Source: a virus
Lineage: Duplodnaviria; Caudoviricetes
IMG/VR virus record: IMGVR_UViG_3300030330_004683
Location: 1-37,680 of that record
Reading direction: 5' to 3' (one strand)
DNA length: 37,680 nt
The notes beneath the pieces are model-generated. The model searched no databases, was not told the origin of the DNA, and worked only from the letters and a program-made list of their open reading frames with translations. Each line of letters opens with the position of its first letter. Within the stretch, counting starts at the first letter, position 1. The position numbers and the translations under genes are program-made. This document shows positions 7,988 to 17,088 of the stretch, piece by piece.

Positions 7988-8363
7988 GAGCGACATATAT
8001 CAAGCATTTGAGAAAAACTTAGGTAAAGATTTTGTTAATGCTAGTAAAGAATCTAAACAAAAGGTAGATGACTTAGCAGAAGATTTAAGAAATGCTATAA
8101 TAGATTTTATCGTCAAACAAGATTTTAATATTACAGAGATGGAAGCACCTTATAACATTTTGCCTGGTAAAATAAATACCTTAGTCAATGGTGGTGTGGT
8201 AGCAGGTCCTGGTGCTCCTGTCGTAGCAGCTGCTGGTGTATCTACGGCACCTGTAACTGGTGTTGTACAGATAAGTGAGACATCAAATAAGGTTGGGTTA
8301 CCTACTGTAAATACTAATGTTAGAAAATCTAAAGTTAAGTTAATAAATGTTAAGGAAGCATAA
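7977..8363 (+). CDS. Small baseplate-associated protein (possible spike tip)
   Basis: Position between spike and gp25. G/A/V/P-rich beta segment. Confidence 0.45.
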   Translation: MGLKSDIYQAFEKNLGKDFVNASKESKQKVDDLAEDLRNAIIDFIVKQDFNITEMEAPYNILPGKINTLVNGGVVAGPGAPVVAAAGVSTAPVTGVVQISETSNKVGLPTVNTNVRKSKVKLINVKEA

Positions 8364-8830
8364 TGGCAATACTTGATAGAAGAAAAGATAGATTTGTAGA
8401 AGACCAAGATACAAGAGTCTCCGTAGGAATAGAGTTTCCTTTTGGTAGAGTTGGTGGTGGTGATGGATATTTTAAATCCACAAAGACTACTGTGGAGTCT
8501 ATAAAAAATAATATCAAACTTCTTTTACAAACTCATAGAGGTGAAAGAGTATTTCAACCAAACTTAGGTATGGATTTGAGGTCACTTATCTTTGAGCCAC
8601 TAACCGAAGATATTACGATACAAATAGAAAATAACATCGTTGATGTTTTCAGTAGATGGTTACCTTTTGTAGATTTAAGAAACATCCAAGTAGATAGAAA
8701 AGATGATTTGAATCAAGTGAATATTAATATAGATTTTAACATAAGAAGAGCACCAAATAATTTAGAAAGTGTTCAAGTTACATTTGATGGTGTAGGTGCT
8801 GGAAGCAGTACAAGTAATGGAGCATACTAA
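8363..8830 (+). CDS. Baseplate wedge subunit gp25-like (GPW/gp25)
   Basis: IKNNIKLLLQTHRGERVFQPNLGMDLRSLIFEP..WLPFV signature. Confidence 0.92.
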   Translation: MAILDRRKDRFVEDQDTRVSVGIEFPFGRVGGGDGYFKSTKTTVESIKNNIKLLLQTHRGERVFQPNLGMDLRSLIFEPLTEDITIQIENNIVDVFSRWLPFVDLRNIQVDRKDDLNQVNINIDFNIRRAPNNLESVQVTFDGVGAGSSTSNGAY

Positions 8831-10743
8831 TGGCATATACAGAAAAACAAAAAATAAAACCAACGAATGTACAATATACAAGTAAAGATTTTAGTTCTAT
8901 AAAAGCTGATTTGATAGAGTATACTAAATCTTATTTTCCTGATACATACAAAGACTTTAACGAAACATCACCTGGTATGATGTTAATAGAGTTATCAAGT
9001 TATGTGGGTGATGTACTTTCATATTACATAGATTATAACTACAAAGAAAATCTGTTAGCAACAGCAACAGAGAAAAGAAATGTTCGTAGATTGGCTGAGT
9101 TTCTTGGGTATAAAACTCCAAACAAAACTCCATCGGTTGTTAAACTAAAAGTAGAAACAACAATAAATGCTGATGGTACAACTGGTGAACCACTTTATGG
9201 AGAAGCTCCATCTTCTATAGATAGTGGATTACAGATTGCTTCAAATGTAGATTCCGAAGTTATTTTTGAGACAACAGATGAGATTGACTTTACAGCAAGT
9301 GGTTCGGGTGATCCTGAAATAAGTGCTCCGATACTTAATAGTGATGGTGAAGCTAGTTCTTATACTTTAACACGAAACGTAAGAGCTATATCTGGTAAAA
9401 CAAAAACTAAAACTTTTAACATTACATCTCCTACTAAGTTTTTAGAACTAGACTTAGGTGAAGATGATTTGATTGAAGTAATGAGTTGTGTGGATGGTGC
9501 TGGTCAAACATGGTATGAAGTTGATTATTTAGCACAAGATAAGATTTTAAAACAAACTCATTACACAGACGACCCGACAAGAACAAGTGCTTATGACCAA
9601 GGCAATGCTACTGATGATACATCTCCTATACCAATCCCTTATGTTGCTGAATATATCAAATCTACTAAAAAGTTCACGACTAAGTTTGACGAAGATACTC
9701 AAACGTATAAAGCTTGTTTTGGTAATGGATTATTTAGATTCAGTAACTCTGGTTCAAATGTTGATCCTGTAGAACAAGCTGGTGTGACAATTAATGGAGT
9801 TAATCTTGCTGATGTTCCAAGTGCTTTAGGAGTTGTAACAGGTAACAATCCAAACTTAGGTGAAACACCATCTAATACATCTTTAACATTTACTTACAGA
9901 GTTGGTGGTGGAGCTGAATCTAATATTCAAGCTGGAGAACTTAGTGTTGTTAATAACCCACCAGCAGGTGTAACCATAACTGTATCAAATGAAGAACCGA
10001 GTGCTGGTGGTACGGATGGTCAAACAGTAGATGAGATTAGGTCAAATGCTAGTTCGTTTTTTGCTTCTCAACTTCGTTGTGTTACCAAAGAAGATTATCA
10101 ATCAAGAATATTAGCTCTTCCACAAAAGTTTGGTAGTATTGCTAAATGTATTGTAGAGAGAATGGATGGTGGTGCTCTTTTAGTTCATACTCTTTCTTAT
10201 AATCAAAACAAACAACTCGTACAAACACCACAACTTGTTTTACAAAACATTGGAACTTATATTAATCAGTTTAGAATGATTAACGACCAAGTTGGATTTG
10301 GATTTACATTAAACGACACATTGTTTTCTGGTTATGTAATAAACTTTGGAGTTCGTTTTGTCGTAAATTATGATAGACGCTCAAATCCTACTGAAGTTAA
10401 ATTAAATGTAATTCAAGTAATAAAAGATTTCTTTAAGATAGAAAAGATGCAGTTTAGACAATCAATAAATCTAAATGATTTACAATATAATATCTTAGGA
10501 TTAGATGGTGTAATCGGTATTAAAGAACTAAAACTATTTCAAGATGGAAATAATGAATATGCTAGTGGTAGACAACTTTATTATTATAAGGGAGATGGTG
10601 AGGTTATTGGAACTGATAGTAACTATGGATTTAAATATAACTTTGATAATGCTTTACGAGATGGTGTAATAAGACCATCAGTTTCTTCAGCAGTATTTGA
10701 GTTAAAAAATCCTAACCAAGATATATATGGAAAAGTGATATAA
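8830..10743 (+). CDS. Baseplate wedge subunit gp6-like (baseplate J family)
   Basis: YTSKDFSSIK..YFP..YKDFNETSPGMMLIELSSYVGDVLSYY, FGNG, YRVGGGAESN, GGTDG..DEIR..QLRCVTKEDY. Confidence 0.9.
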   Translation: MAYTEKQKIKPTNVQYTSKDFSSIKADLIEYTKSYFPDTYKDFNETSPGMMLIELSSYVGDVLSYYIDYNYKENLLATATEKRNVRRLAEFLGYKTPNKTPSVVKLKVETTINADGTTGEPLYGEAPSSIDSGLQIASNVDSEVIFETTDEIDFTASGSGDPEISAPILNSDGEASSYTLTRNVRAISGKTKTKTFNITSPTKFLELDLGEDDLIEVMSCVDGAGQTWYEVDYLAQDKILKQTHYTDDPTRTSAYDQGNATDDTSPIPIPYVAEYIKSTKKFTTKFDEDTQTYKACFGNGLFRFSNSGSNVDPVEQAGVTINGVNLADVPSALGVVTGNNPNLGETPSNTSLTFTYRVGGGAESNIQAGELSVVNNPPAGVTITVSNEEPSAGGTDGQTVDEIRSNASSFFASQLRCVTKEDYQSRILALPQKFGSIAKCIVERMDGGALLVHTLSYNQNKQLVQTPQLVLQNIGTYINQFRMINDQVGFGFTLNDTLFSGYVINFGVRFVVNYDRRSNPTEVKLNVIQVIKDFFKIEKMQFRQSINLNDLQYNILGLDGVIGIKELKLFQDGNNEYASGRQLYYYKGDGEVIGTDSNYGFKYNFDNALRDGVIRPSVSSAVFELKNPNQDIYGKVI

Positions 10744-11837
10744 TGCATAAATATTTTTTTACAACTAAAGATGCCTTTATTAGTAGTGGTTCAAATCAAA
10801 CTACAGGCGAAGATTTTAAAGACAAGAACACAGGACAAGATGAAATTCTTGAGTTAAAGAAAGTTTTTTTTGACAGAACATTTTCTCATCCAACTCGTGT
10901 TCTTCTTCAATTTGATACGAATGAAATAGAAAATTATATTAGTTCATCTGTATTACCTAGTGATTATAAAGTCAATCTAAGATTATATGAAACAGAAGGT
11001 ACAAGTGGATTAACTGAAGAATATAAAGTAGCTGCGTATCCATTATCACAAGAATGGGATGAAGGTGTTGGTAAAGAAATAGACAATCCAAAAACAACAG
11101 ATGGTTGTAGTTGGAAGTTTAGAAAAAACAGAGAAGGTGCTTCTGAAATAAGTTGGACAACTCCTGGTGGAACATATATTGCGGGTGATGAAGTAAGTCA
11201 ATCTTTTTCATCAGAATCACCTGATATCAATATGGATATAACCACCATAGCTAATAAGTGGTTTGGTGGAACAAATACAAATTATGGATTATTAATTAGA
11301 TTATCTGGTAGTAGAGAAACATCAAGTGGTAGTTTTGAAGACATTAAATTTTTCTCAAGACAAACTAATACGATATATTCCCCTAAGATAGAATTAAAGT
11401 GGGATGATCATTTACCAGCAACTGGTTCAAATACAGGTAGTTTAAATGAATTAGACATTAGTGGTGGTGTTGAAAATTATTTATATCCAATACATTTTAA
11501 AGAAGCATATAAAGAAAACGAAACCGTTAAGTTTAGATTTGGTGCTCGTAAACGATACATACAAAAATCATTTACAACTTCAGTTCAAACTGTGAGTGGT
11601 AGTTTTATACCACATGGTTCAGGTTCTTATTCTATCATAGATATGGCAACAAACGAATCCGTTGTTCCATTTAGTGCTTACACAACAATGAGTTGTGATA
11701 CGACTTCTAATTATTTTAAACAAGACCTAAATGCTTTTGAACCTAATCGTGCTTATAAGATTTTGATTAAGGTCAATCATAATGATGGTCAGGAGATAAT
11801 CTACGATAACGATTTTGAATTTATATTGAGGACTTAG
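10743..11837 (+). CDS. Virion structural protein with DNRLRE/CBM96-like beta-sandwich
   Basis: KDAFI..NTGQDEILEL..RVLLQFD..LRLY..WDEG..SW..GG..DIT..W..NYGLL..FFSR..PKIELKW pattern. Confidence 0.6.
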   Translation: MHKYFFTTKDAFISSGSNQTTGEDFKDKNTGQDEILELKKVFFDRTFSHPTRVLLQFDTNEIENYISSSVLPSDYKVNLRLYETEGTSGLTEEYKVAAYPLSQEWDEGVGKEIDNPKTTDGCSWKFRKNREGASEISWTTPGGTYIAGDEVSQSFSSESPDINMDITTIANKWFGGTNTNYGLLIRLSGSRETSSGSFEDIKFFSRQTNTIYSPKIELKWDDHLPATGSNTGSLNELDISGGVENYLYPIHFKEAYKENETVKFRFGARKRYIQKSFTTSVQTVSGSFIPHGSGSYSIIDMATNESVVPFSAYTTMSCDTTSNYFKQDLNAFEPNRAYKILIKVNHNDGQEIIYDNDFEFILRT

Positions 11838-11838
11838 A

Positions 11839-13740
11839 ATGGCTAACTATGGAACAAGTCAATCAACAGAAGGACAAAGTAGTAATCTCGTTGTAGATAA
11901 TCCTATTGTAGAAGTAGATTTACAAGCAACATCAAACGACAAGTTTTACTTTTTAAATAGTCCCGATGAGCAATATATAGGACCTTATCATCGTCACGAA
12001 GATGGGACTTTAATGATTGGTGCTGGAGTTCTTGGTGTTAATCATGAGTTAAAACCTGATGAAATAATATTTGAAGAAATATCAGATGAAAATGTACTAC
12101 AAACTCGTGAAAGAGTTAGTGATATTTTTTACAAGTTATGGTTTCAATCTAACACTCTTTCTGAACAAGATATACTTTCAATGCAAACTACCATTCGTGA
12201 TGGTATAAAACAAACAGGTAGAGGAGAAGACGAACCTCTTGTATTTTATAAGAAAGATAGAAACACTTTAGAAAGTAGAAAAGATTTACAAGGTGAAGTA
12301 TTTAATCAAATATGTCAGTACATTTTTGACAATGGTATTGTTGATTTAGATGGTTTATTTTCTATTGAACAAGAAAATGGTGCTCCTGAAAATAATCAAG
12401 ATGTAATTAATTATAAAATAAATTTTGATAATGGTAGATTTAAAATAAATGTTGCTAAAAAAGTTGGTGAAAGTTTTACAGATGTTTTAAATCTTAGTCA
12501 GCTAACAAAACCTAAAACAAGTACAAGAGTTAATCCTGAAAAAGCTCGTGATGTTTTAGATACAAATATTTTTGAGTTGTTACCAAACCAAACAACTCGT
12601 CAAGATACGATAAATAGTTTCTTTAATCAGTTTAACGAACTGATAGGACCTAAACCAGCATTTGATGATGTAGATGGTGATGGTGCTGGTGAAGTTGCTA
12701 TCAACTATGACCAAGACGAACAAAATCGTATTAGTTATGAAAACAGACCTACTGCTTATATAACAAGATTAGATAAACAAGCAGAAGGTGATACTAATAA
12801 TCAAGGTAAGACACTTGAGTCAATGAGAAACAAACTCAACACTTATCTTGGAGATACTGATAATGTTATTGATACTTTAGAAGATAACAGACCTGAATAT
12901 GAAAATATATCAGAGGGATTTCTTAAAATCAGAAAACCAAATCAGGCAATAATATTGAGGTCACCAAATAATAATCAGTTAGAGTTCCAACGAGTAAATC
13001 CCACTACAGGTAAACCAAGTTATTTAGAAGATGGTTTTACCATAACAATGTGGGTTAAGTTTGTAAGTAAGACATCTGAAGGAACTCTTTTTAACTTTGG
13101 TAATCCATTAAATAGTAACTCAATGAACTCTTCTAATGCTCAAGGGTTTAGATTAGATACTAAAGTAAATCAGTATGATGGGAAATATTATAGATACATT
13201 AGGTTGGTAGTTCGTGATTGGACAAATAGTAGTGATGCTGGTGGAAGGGTGTATCGTATAAGAGATAATCATTTCGGAACAGAAGGTTTAAACAGATTTG
13301 ACCATAGAAGTTTTGGTAGTAATGTAACAAACTATCCAGAAGTTCATAGAGCATTTCCACAGATATCTACCGACAACTTAGATGAATGGTATTTTATTTG
13401 TGCTACATTTAATCCGAATATAGTAGAACCAAACTATGATAATACTCCATCAACATTCAGACGAGATACACAATATTGGTTAAATCATAAAAATCAAAAT
13501 GGAGACTTAGTTTCCAATAGTGGTCTTGGTGCTAAGTGTAAAGTAGAAATAATAAGTCGGACAAGTTTATTACAAGCTCGTGGATATAGAGTTAGACCTT
13601 TAACTGTAAATACTCAGTTAGAAGTTGTATCTTCTTTTACATATGAATTTATTGAAGATCCTATTGAGGGTGAAACAGATTCACCACCACCATCTAATCC
13701 ACCTGTTGCTAATTTTCAATATGAATACATTGAGGTATAA
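11839..13740 (+). CDS. Virion structural protein with LamG-like domain
   Basis: GFTITMWVKF...EWYFICATF LamG-like motifs. N-terminal YIGPYHRH..GTLMIGA..H His motif. Confidence 0.6.
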   Translation: MANYGTSQSTEGQSSNLVVDNPIVEVDLQATSNDKFYFLNSPDEQYIGPYHRHEDGTLMIGAGVLGVNHELKPDEIIFEEISDENVLQTRERVSDIFYKLWFQSNTLSEQDILSMQTTIRDGIKQTGRGEDEPLVFYKKDRNTLESRKDLQGEVFNQICQYIFDNGIVDLDGLFSIEQENGAPENNQDVINYKINFDNGRFKINVAKKVGESFTDVLNLSQLTKPKTSTRVNPEKARDVLDTNIFELLPNQTTRQDTINSFFNQFNELIGPKPAFDDVDGDGAGEVAINYDQDEQNRISYENRPTAYITRLDKQAEGDTNNQGKTLESMRNKLNTYLGDTDNVIDTLEDNRPEYENISEGFLKIRKPNQAIILRSPNNNQLEFQRVNPTTGKPSYLEDGFTITMWVKFVSKTSEGTLFNFGNPLNSNSMNSSNAQGFRLDTKVNQYDGKYYRYIRLVVRDWTNSSDAGGRVYRIRDNHFGTEGLNRFDHRSFGSNVTNYPEVHRAFPQISTDNLDEWYFICATFNPNIVEPNYDNTPSTFRRDTQYWLNHKNQNGDLVSNSGLGAKCKVEIISRTSLLQARGYRVRPLTVNTQLEVVSSFTYEFIEDPIEGETDSPPPSNPPVANFQYEYIEV

Positions 13741-13742
13741 AT

Positions 13743-14357
13743 ATGAGTAAGACAATTCAATTTACAGATAACTCTTCCAACGCTTCTACATGGCTTTGGG
13801 AATTTGGAGATGGTAATACATCTACACAACAAAATCCAGTACATACTTTTGAAACATTTGGGAGTTACATGGTTCGCTTAACAATAACTGATGGTATGGG
13901 AAACTCGGATGAGACACATCAGTTTATTCAAATAACTGATACAAGTGATTCTGTAGATGATTTAGATTCAAACCTACCTCCTGATCCTCCTGAACTAGAC
14001 GAAGAACAAGAAGAACAACAAGAGGAACAACAAGAAGAACAACAAACTTATTCAGAACCAATGCCATCAAGTCCACCTACTGGATACAATCCTCAAATGG
14101 GTATGTTTCAAACTGATGCTTTAAGTCCTGAAGGTCAATGGATATGGAGTGGATTTGGTTGGGTTGAGAATGGTAACTATGTTCTACCTGAAACTACCAC
14201 AGATGATGAAACTGATAATAACAATACCGAAGAAAGCGAAGATACAAGTGAAAACACTGGTGACGATAACGAAGACACTGGCGGTGATGATGGATATGGA
14301 GATGGTGATGGTGATGGTGATACGGGTGGTGGAAGACCTGGTGATATACAACCCTAA
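13743..14357 (+). CDS. PKD-domain protein with acidic low-complexity tail
   Basis: IQFTDNS..WLWEFGDGNTSTQQNPVHTF..GSYMVRLTIT..GNSD canonical PKD. Confidence 0.85.
   Translation: MSKTIQFTDNSSNASTWLWEFGDGNTSTQQNPVHTFETFGSYMVRLTITDGMGNSDETHQFIQITDTSDSVDDLDSNLPPDPPELDEEQEEQQEEQQEEQQTYSEPMPSSPPTGYNPQMGMFQTDALSPEGQWIWSGFGWVENGNYVLPETTTDDETDNNNTEESEDTSENTGDDNEDTGGDDGYGDGDGDGDTGGGRPGDIQP
14001..14045 (+). repeat. In-frame GAA/CAA tandem repeat (EEQQ)
   Basis: gaagaacaa gaagaacaacaa gaggaacaacaa gaagaacaacaa. Confidence 0.8.
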
Positions 14358-16441
14358 TGGCTATTTTTACAAAAGCAGAAGACTTGTTCTCATCAACAGA
14401 ACAATCTGTTGGTGGTAATCCAACCGAAGGTGGAAATGGAAACGAATCCGTTAGGATATTTCAACCTGATAGAGGATTGGATGTCTTAATACCAAATGTT
14501 GGTTACTTGAATAGAGAAGAGGGTGACTTTTCTACTGGTGTCATAGAAGATAATGATGGTAGAAAAGCTCTTGGAACTATAACTTTAAACAATAGAGACT
14601 TTTGGGAAAATAGTAACTATAATGAAGATACCTTTGGTCCTTACTTAACAGGTCTTAGAGAAGTCGTTGATGGTCAAGAAGTGGTTGATGTTCAGATGTA
14701 TAGTCAAACTTATAATGGTAATGTTACAAGAAGAATCGTTGTTAATGATAGAAGAAGTTCTTCTCCTACTTTTAGATTTTCTATAGATGCTATACCATTT
14801 GTTATAAATCCAAATAACGATGAGATTGTTAGAGTAGATAGATATTACGATAGAAATATTGATGTTGAAAAATATAACTTAGCTACTGAAGGGAAAATAA
14901 ACTATTATATTTATCCAAGAGGTGATGGTAGAACTCCAGCAGGTAACATAGATACTTACGGATACAAAGGATTAAAAACTCAAGGTGGTAGAAATAGATT
15001 TGATGTTTATGCTGAAGAGTCAGGACCTGATGCTAAAGGTTATAGTATCTTTCGTTTGGATTGGGGTGATGGAACTCCGTTAGAACATACAAGAAGACCA
15101 AAGATATTAGAAGGAACTACTTTATTAGAACACATTTATAAGAAGCCAGGATTCTATACTATTAAAGGTGTGGTTATGGCATTTGACGGTTTCAATATCG
15201 GTGGTTGGGAAAAGTTTGAGACTACTATATTGATAAATGCTTCTGATAGTTATGATGTTAATCTATACAATGATAGGAACTTTGCTACAATAGGTGGTAT
15301 AAGTCCTGATTCTGTATTAGTGAAATCAGCAACAGATATCGTTGGAGTTAATCCTTTAACATTAGATGATAGTAAAGCTTCTTCAGAATCAATAGAAAAT
15401 ATAAACTTGTTTGACCGATTAAACCTTTTTAACTTTTTATCAAAAGTAGATTCTAATATTGTTGATAAGTTTAGTTCAGATATGTTACCTTATAGTATAG
15501 ATATATTTGATGAGCCTGAAGAAACATTAATAGAAGGTTTTATATTTGGTTGTTTAGATCCACAAGGAGCTAATTATCAACCTGATTCAGATTCAGATTT
15601 ATCTGGTGGAAGAACTCTTTGTGAGTATGATTTACAAATAAACTTTGATGCTCAATCTTCTGGTAATAATAAAATTACTATTTATTTTGTAAATCAAGAA
15701 AGTCTTGATTCTATTTTAGAATATCCACCTGAAGATGAACCCGATTATTTTTATGATGGTGATGATGGCTTTGATGGAGATTGGGCATTTCAAAATGAAA
15801 ATTATAGTGCTCAATTAAATCCTAGTAGAACTCCTGGTAGACGACAAGCTATAATAAATGCTATTGGTTCATCTTGGATTGATGCTAATCAGTTAGAGGG
15901 TTTTGCTTATGAAAAACATACTATTTATACAAATCCAAGTAGTGGTCAAAATAATATTGCTACTATAAATCGTGATACACTTCTTCAAGCTTCAAGAATT
16001 TTGATAAAGGGAGAACCAGTAAATACATCACAAAATTATGATAATGCTGAAATAAACTTTAGTATAGAATCACCATCTGATGTTGGTGGATTATCAAGAA
16101 ATCCAATATCATTAGATGGTAGTAATCTAAGTGTTAAAGTTGTAAAATCTTATCAAGCTGTAGTAAATCCAAATTTATCTTATAGTAATTTATATGCTCC
16201 TATTCCTAATTATGTACGATTAGGTACTCAGTTTGAATATAATGGTTCTACTCCAGCTTCTTCTAATTATAATATAGATAGTCTTAAAATGAGTACATTG
16301 TTTGAATTAAATCCTAGTGATTTACAAAATGTAGGTTCTACTGTTTCTGGTGGTATAAACGGACTACACACCATTAATCTTAGTGTTTTTGTAGAGGGTG
16401 ATGGTGGAAGTGAAGATGGTATTGGAGGAGGAAGACCATAA
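14357..16441 (+). CDS. Virion structural protein with PKD-like domain
   Basis: LDWGDG...LEHIYKKPGFYTIK. GCLDPQGANY..C.Y module. Acidic. Confidence 0.6.
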   Translation: MAIFTKAEDLFSSTEQSVGGNPTEGGNGNESVRIFQPDRGLDVLIPNVGYLNREEGDFSTGVIEDNDGRKALGTITLNNRDFWENSNYNEDTFGPYLTGLREVVDGQEVVDVQMYSQTYNGNVTRRIVVNDRRSSSPTFRFSIDAIPFVINPNNDEIVRVDRYYDRNIDVEKYNLATEGKINYYIYPRGDGRTPAGNIDTYGYKGLKTQGGRNRFDVYAEESGPDAKGYSIFRLDWGDGTPLEHTRRPKILEGTTLLEHIYKKPGFYTIKGVVMAFDGFNIGGWEKFETTILINASDSYDVNLYNDRNFATIGGISPDSVLVKSATDIVGVNPLTLDDSKASSESIENINLFDRLNLFNFLSKVDSNIVDKFSSDMLPYSIDIFDEPEETLIEGFIFGCLDPQGANYQPDSDSDLSGGRTLCEYDLQINFDAQSSGNNKITIYFVNQESLDSILEYPPEDEPDYFYDGDDGFDGDWAFQNENYSAQLNPSRTPGRRQAIINAIGSSWIDANQLEGFAYEKHTIYTNPSSGQNNIATINRDTLLQASRILIKGEPVNTSQNYDNAEINFSIESPSDVGGLSRNPISLDGSNLSVKVVKSYQAVVNPNLSYSNLYAPIPNYVRLGTQFEYNGSTPASSNYNIDSLKMSTLFELNPSDLQNVGSTVSGGINGLHTINLSVFVEGDGGSEDGIGGGRP

Positions 16442-17088
16442 TGAATAAGATACATAACGGAATCATTGATGTAGAAAAAAGAAACTCTCTTAAAGATAGT
16501 GGTTTAAATAATTTTGATTTAGGAACTACTAAAATGTATAGAGGAGTCAAACCAATGTTTGAGCAGTTAGGTTTCACAAGTCCAAACTTTAACAATCCAA
16601 GTCAACAAGTTTATTGGAATAATATAATACCAACAGACTTTGATTATTTTAACTTATCTGGTATAGAAGTACAACAAGTAGAAACAGATGGAGATGTCGG
16701 AGTAACAGAAGGTGCTAAAGTATCAAGAGAATCTTTTAGAAAGATAGTTATAGATGAAGATGTAGAACAGATTTGGGATAACGGACATTATTATCCTGTC
16801 CTACCAAAGATAGATGTGTTTGGTCAGTTTGAAGATGAAGTTGACGTAACTTTATATGGTGGAGAAAATCCACCAGTAACAAACTTAGATGAAACCGATG
16901 ATGATTTAATACTTCATTTAGATTTAGGTGATTCCAATACAGATAATATAATAGATAAAACAGATGTGAATAAGATAGATTACAATCAAGATTTTGAACT
17001 AAAGTTAGATGATGATTTAAGATTATTTAAATCAACTATTGATGTACCAGATCCAATAGAGAAAAATAATTTGGAGCAACCATTCTAA
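16441..17088 (+). CDS. Structural protein, paralog of the C-terminus of the next gene
   Basis: DLGTTKMYRGVKPMFEQLG vs NLGQTRMFNKPKDIYDFIG. Ends EQPF vs RQAF. Confidence 0.6.
   Translation: MNKIHNGIIDVEKRNSLKDSGLNNFDLGTTKMYRGVKPMFEQLGFTSPNFNNPSQQVYWNNIIPTDFDYFNLSGIEVQQVETDGDVGVTEGAKVSRESFRKIVIDEDVEQIWDNGHYYPVLPKIDVFGQFEDEVDVTLYGGENPPVTNLDETDDDLILHLDLGDSNTDNIIDKTDVNKIDYNQDFELKLDDDLRLFKSTIDVPDPIEKNNLEQPF

Noticed and set aside
13736-13743. TATAAATA matching the T4 late promoter
   Set aside because: Single junctional occurrence formed by a stop codon plus spacer. Other operon starts use ATATTTATA
411-14418. Alternate-frame + strand ORFs 411-662, 9587-9772 and 14149-14418
   Set aside because: Nested in better-supported genes and consistent with shadow frames
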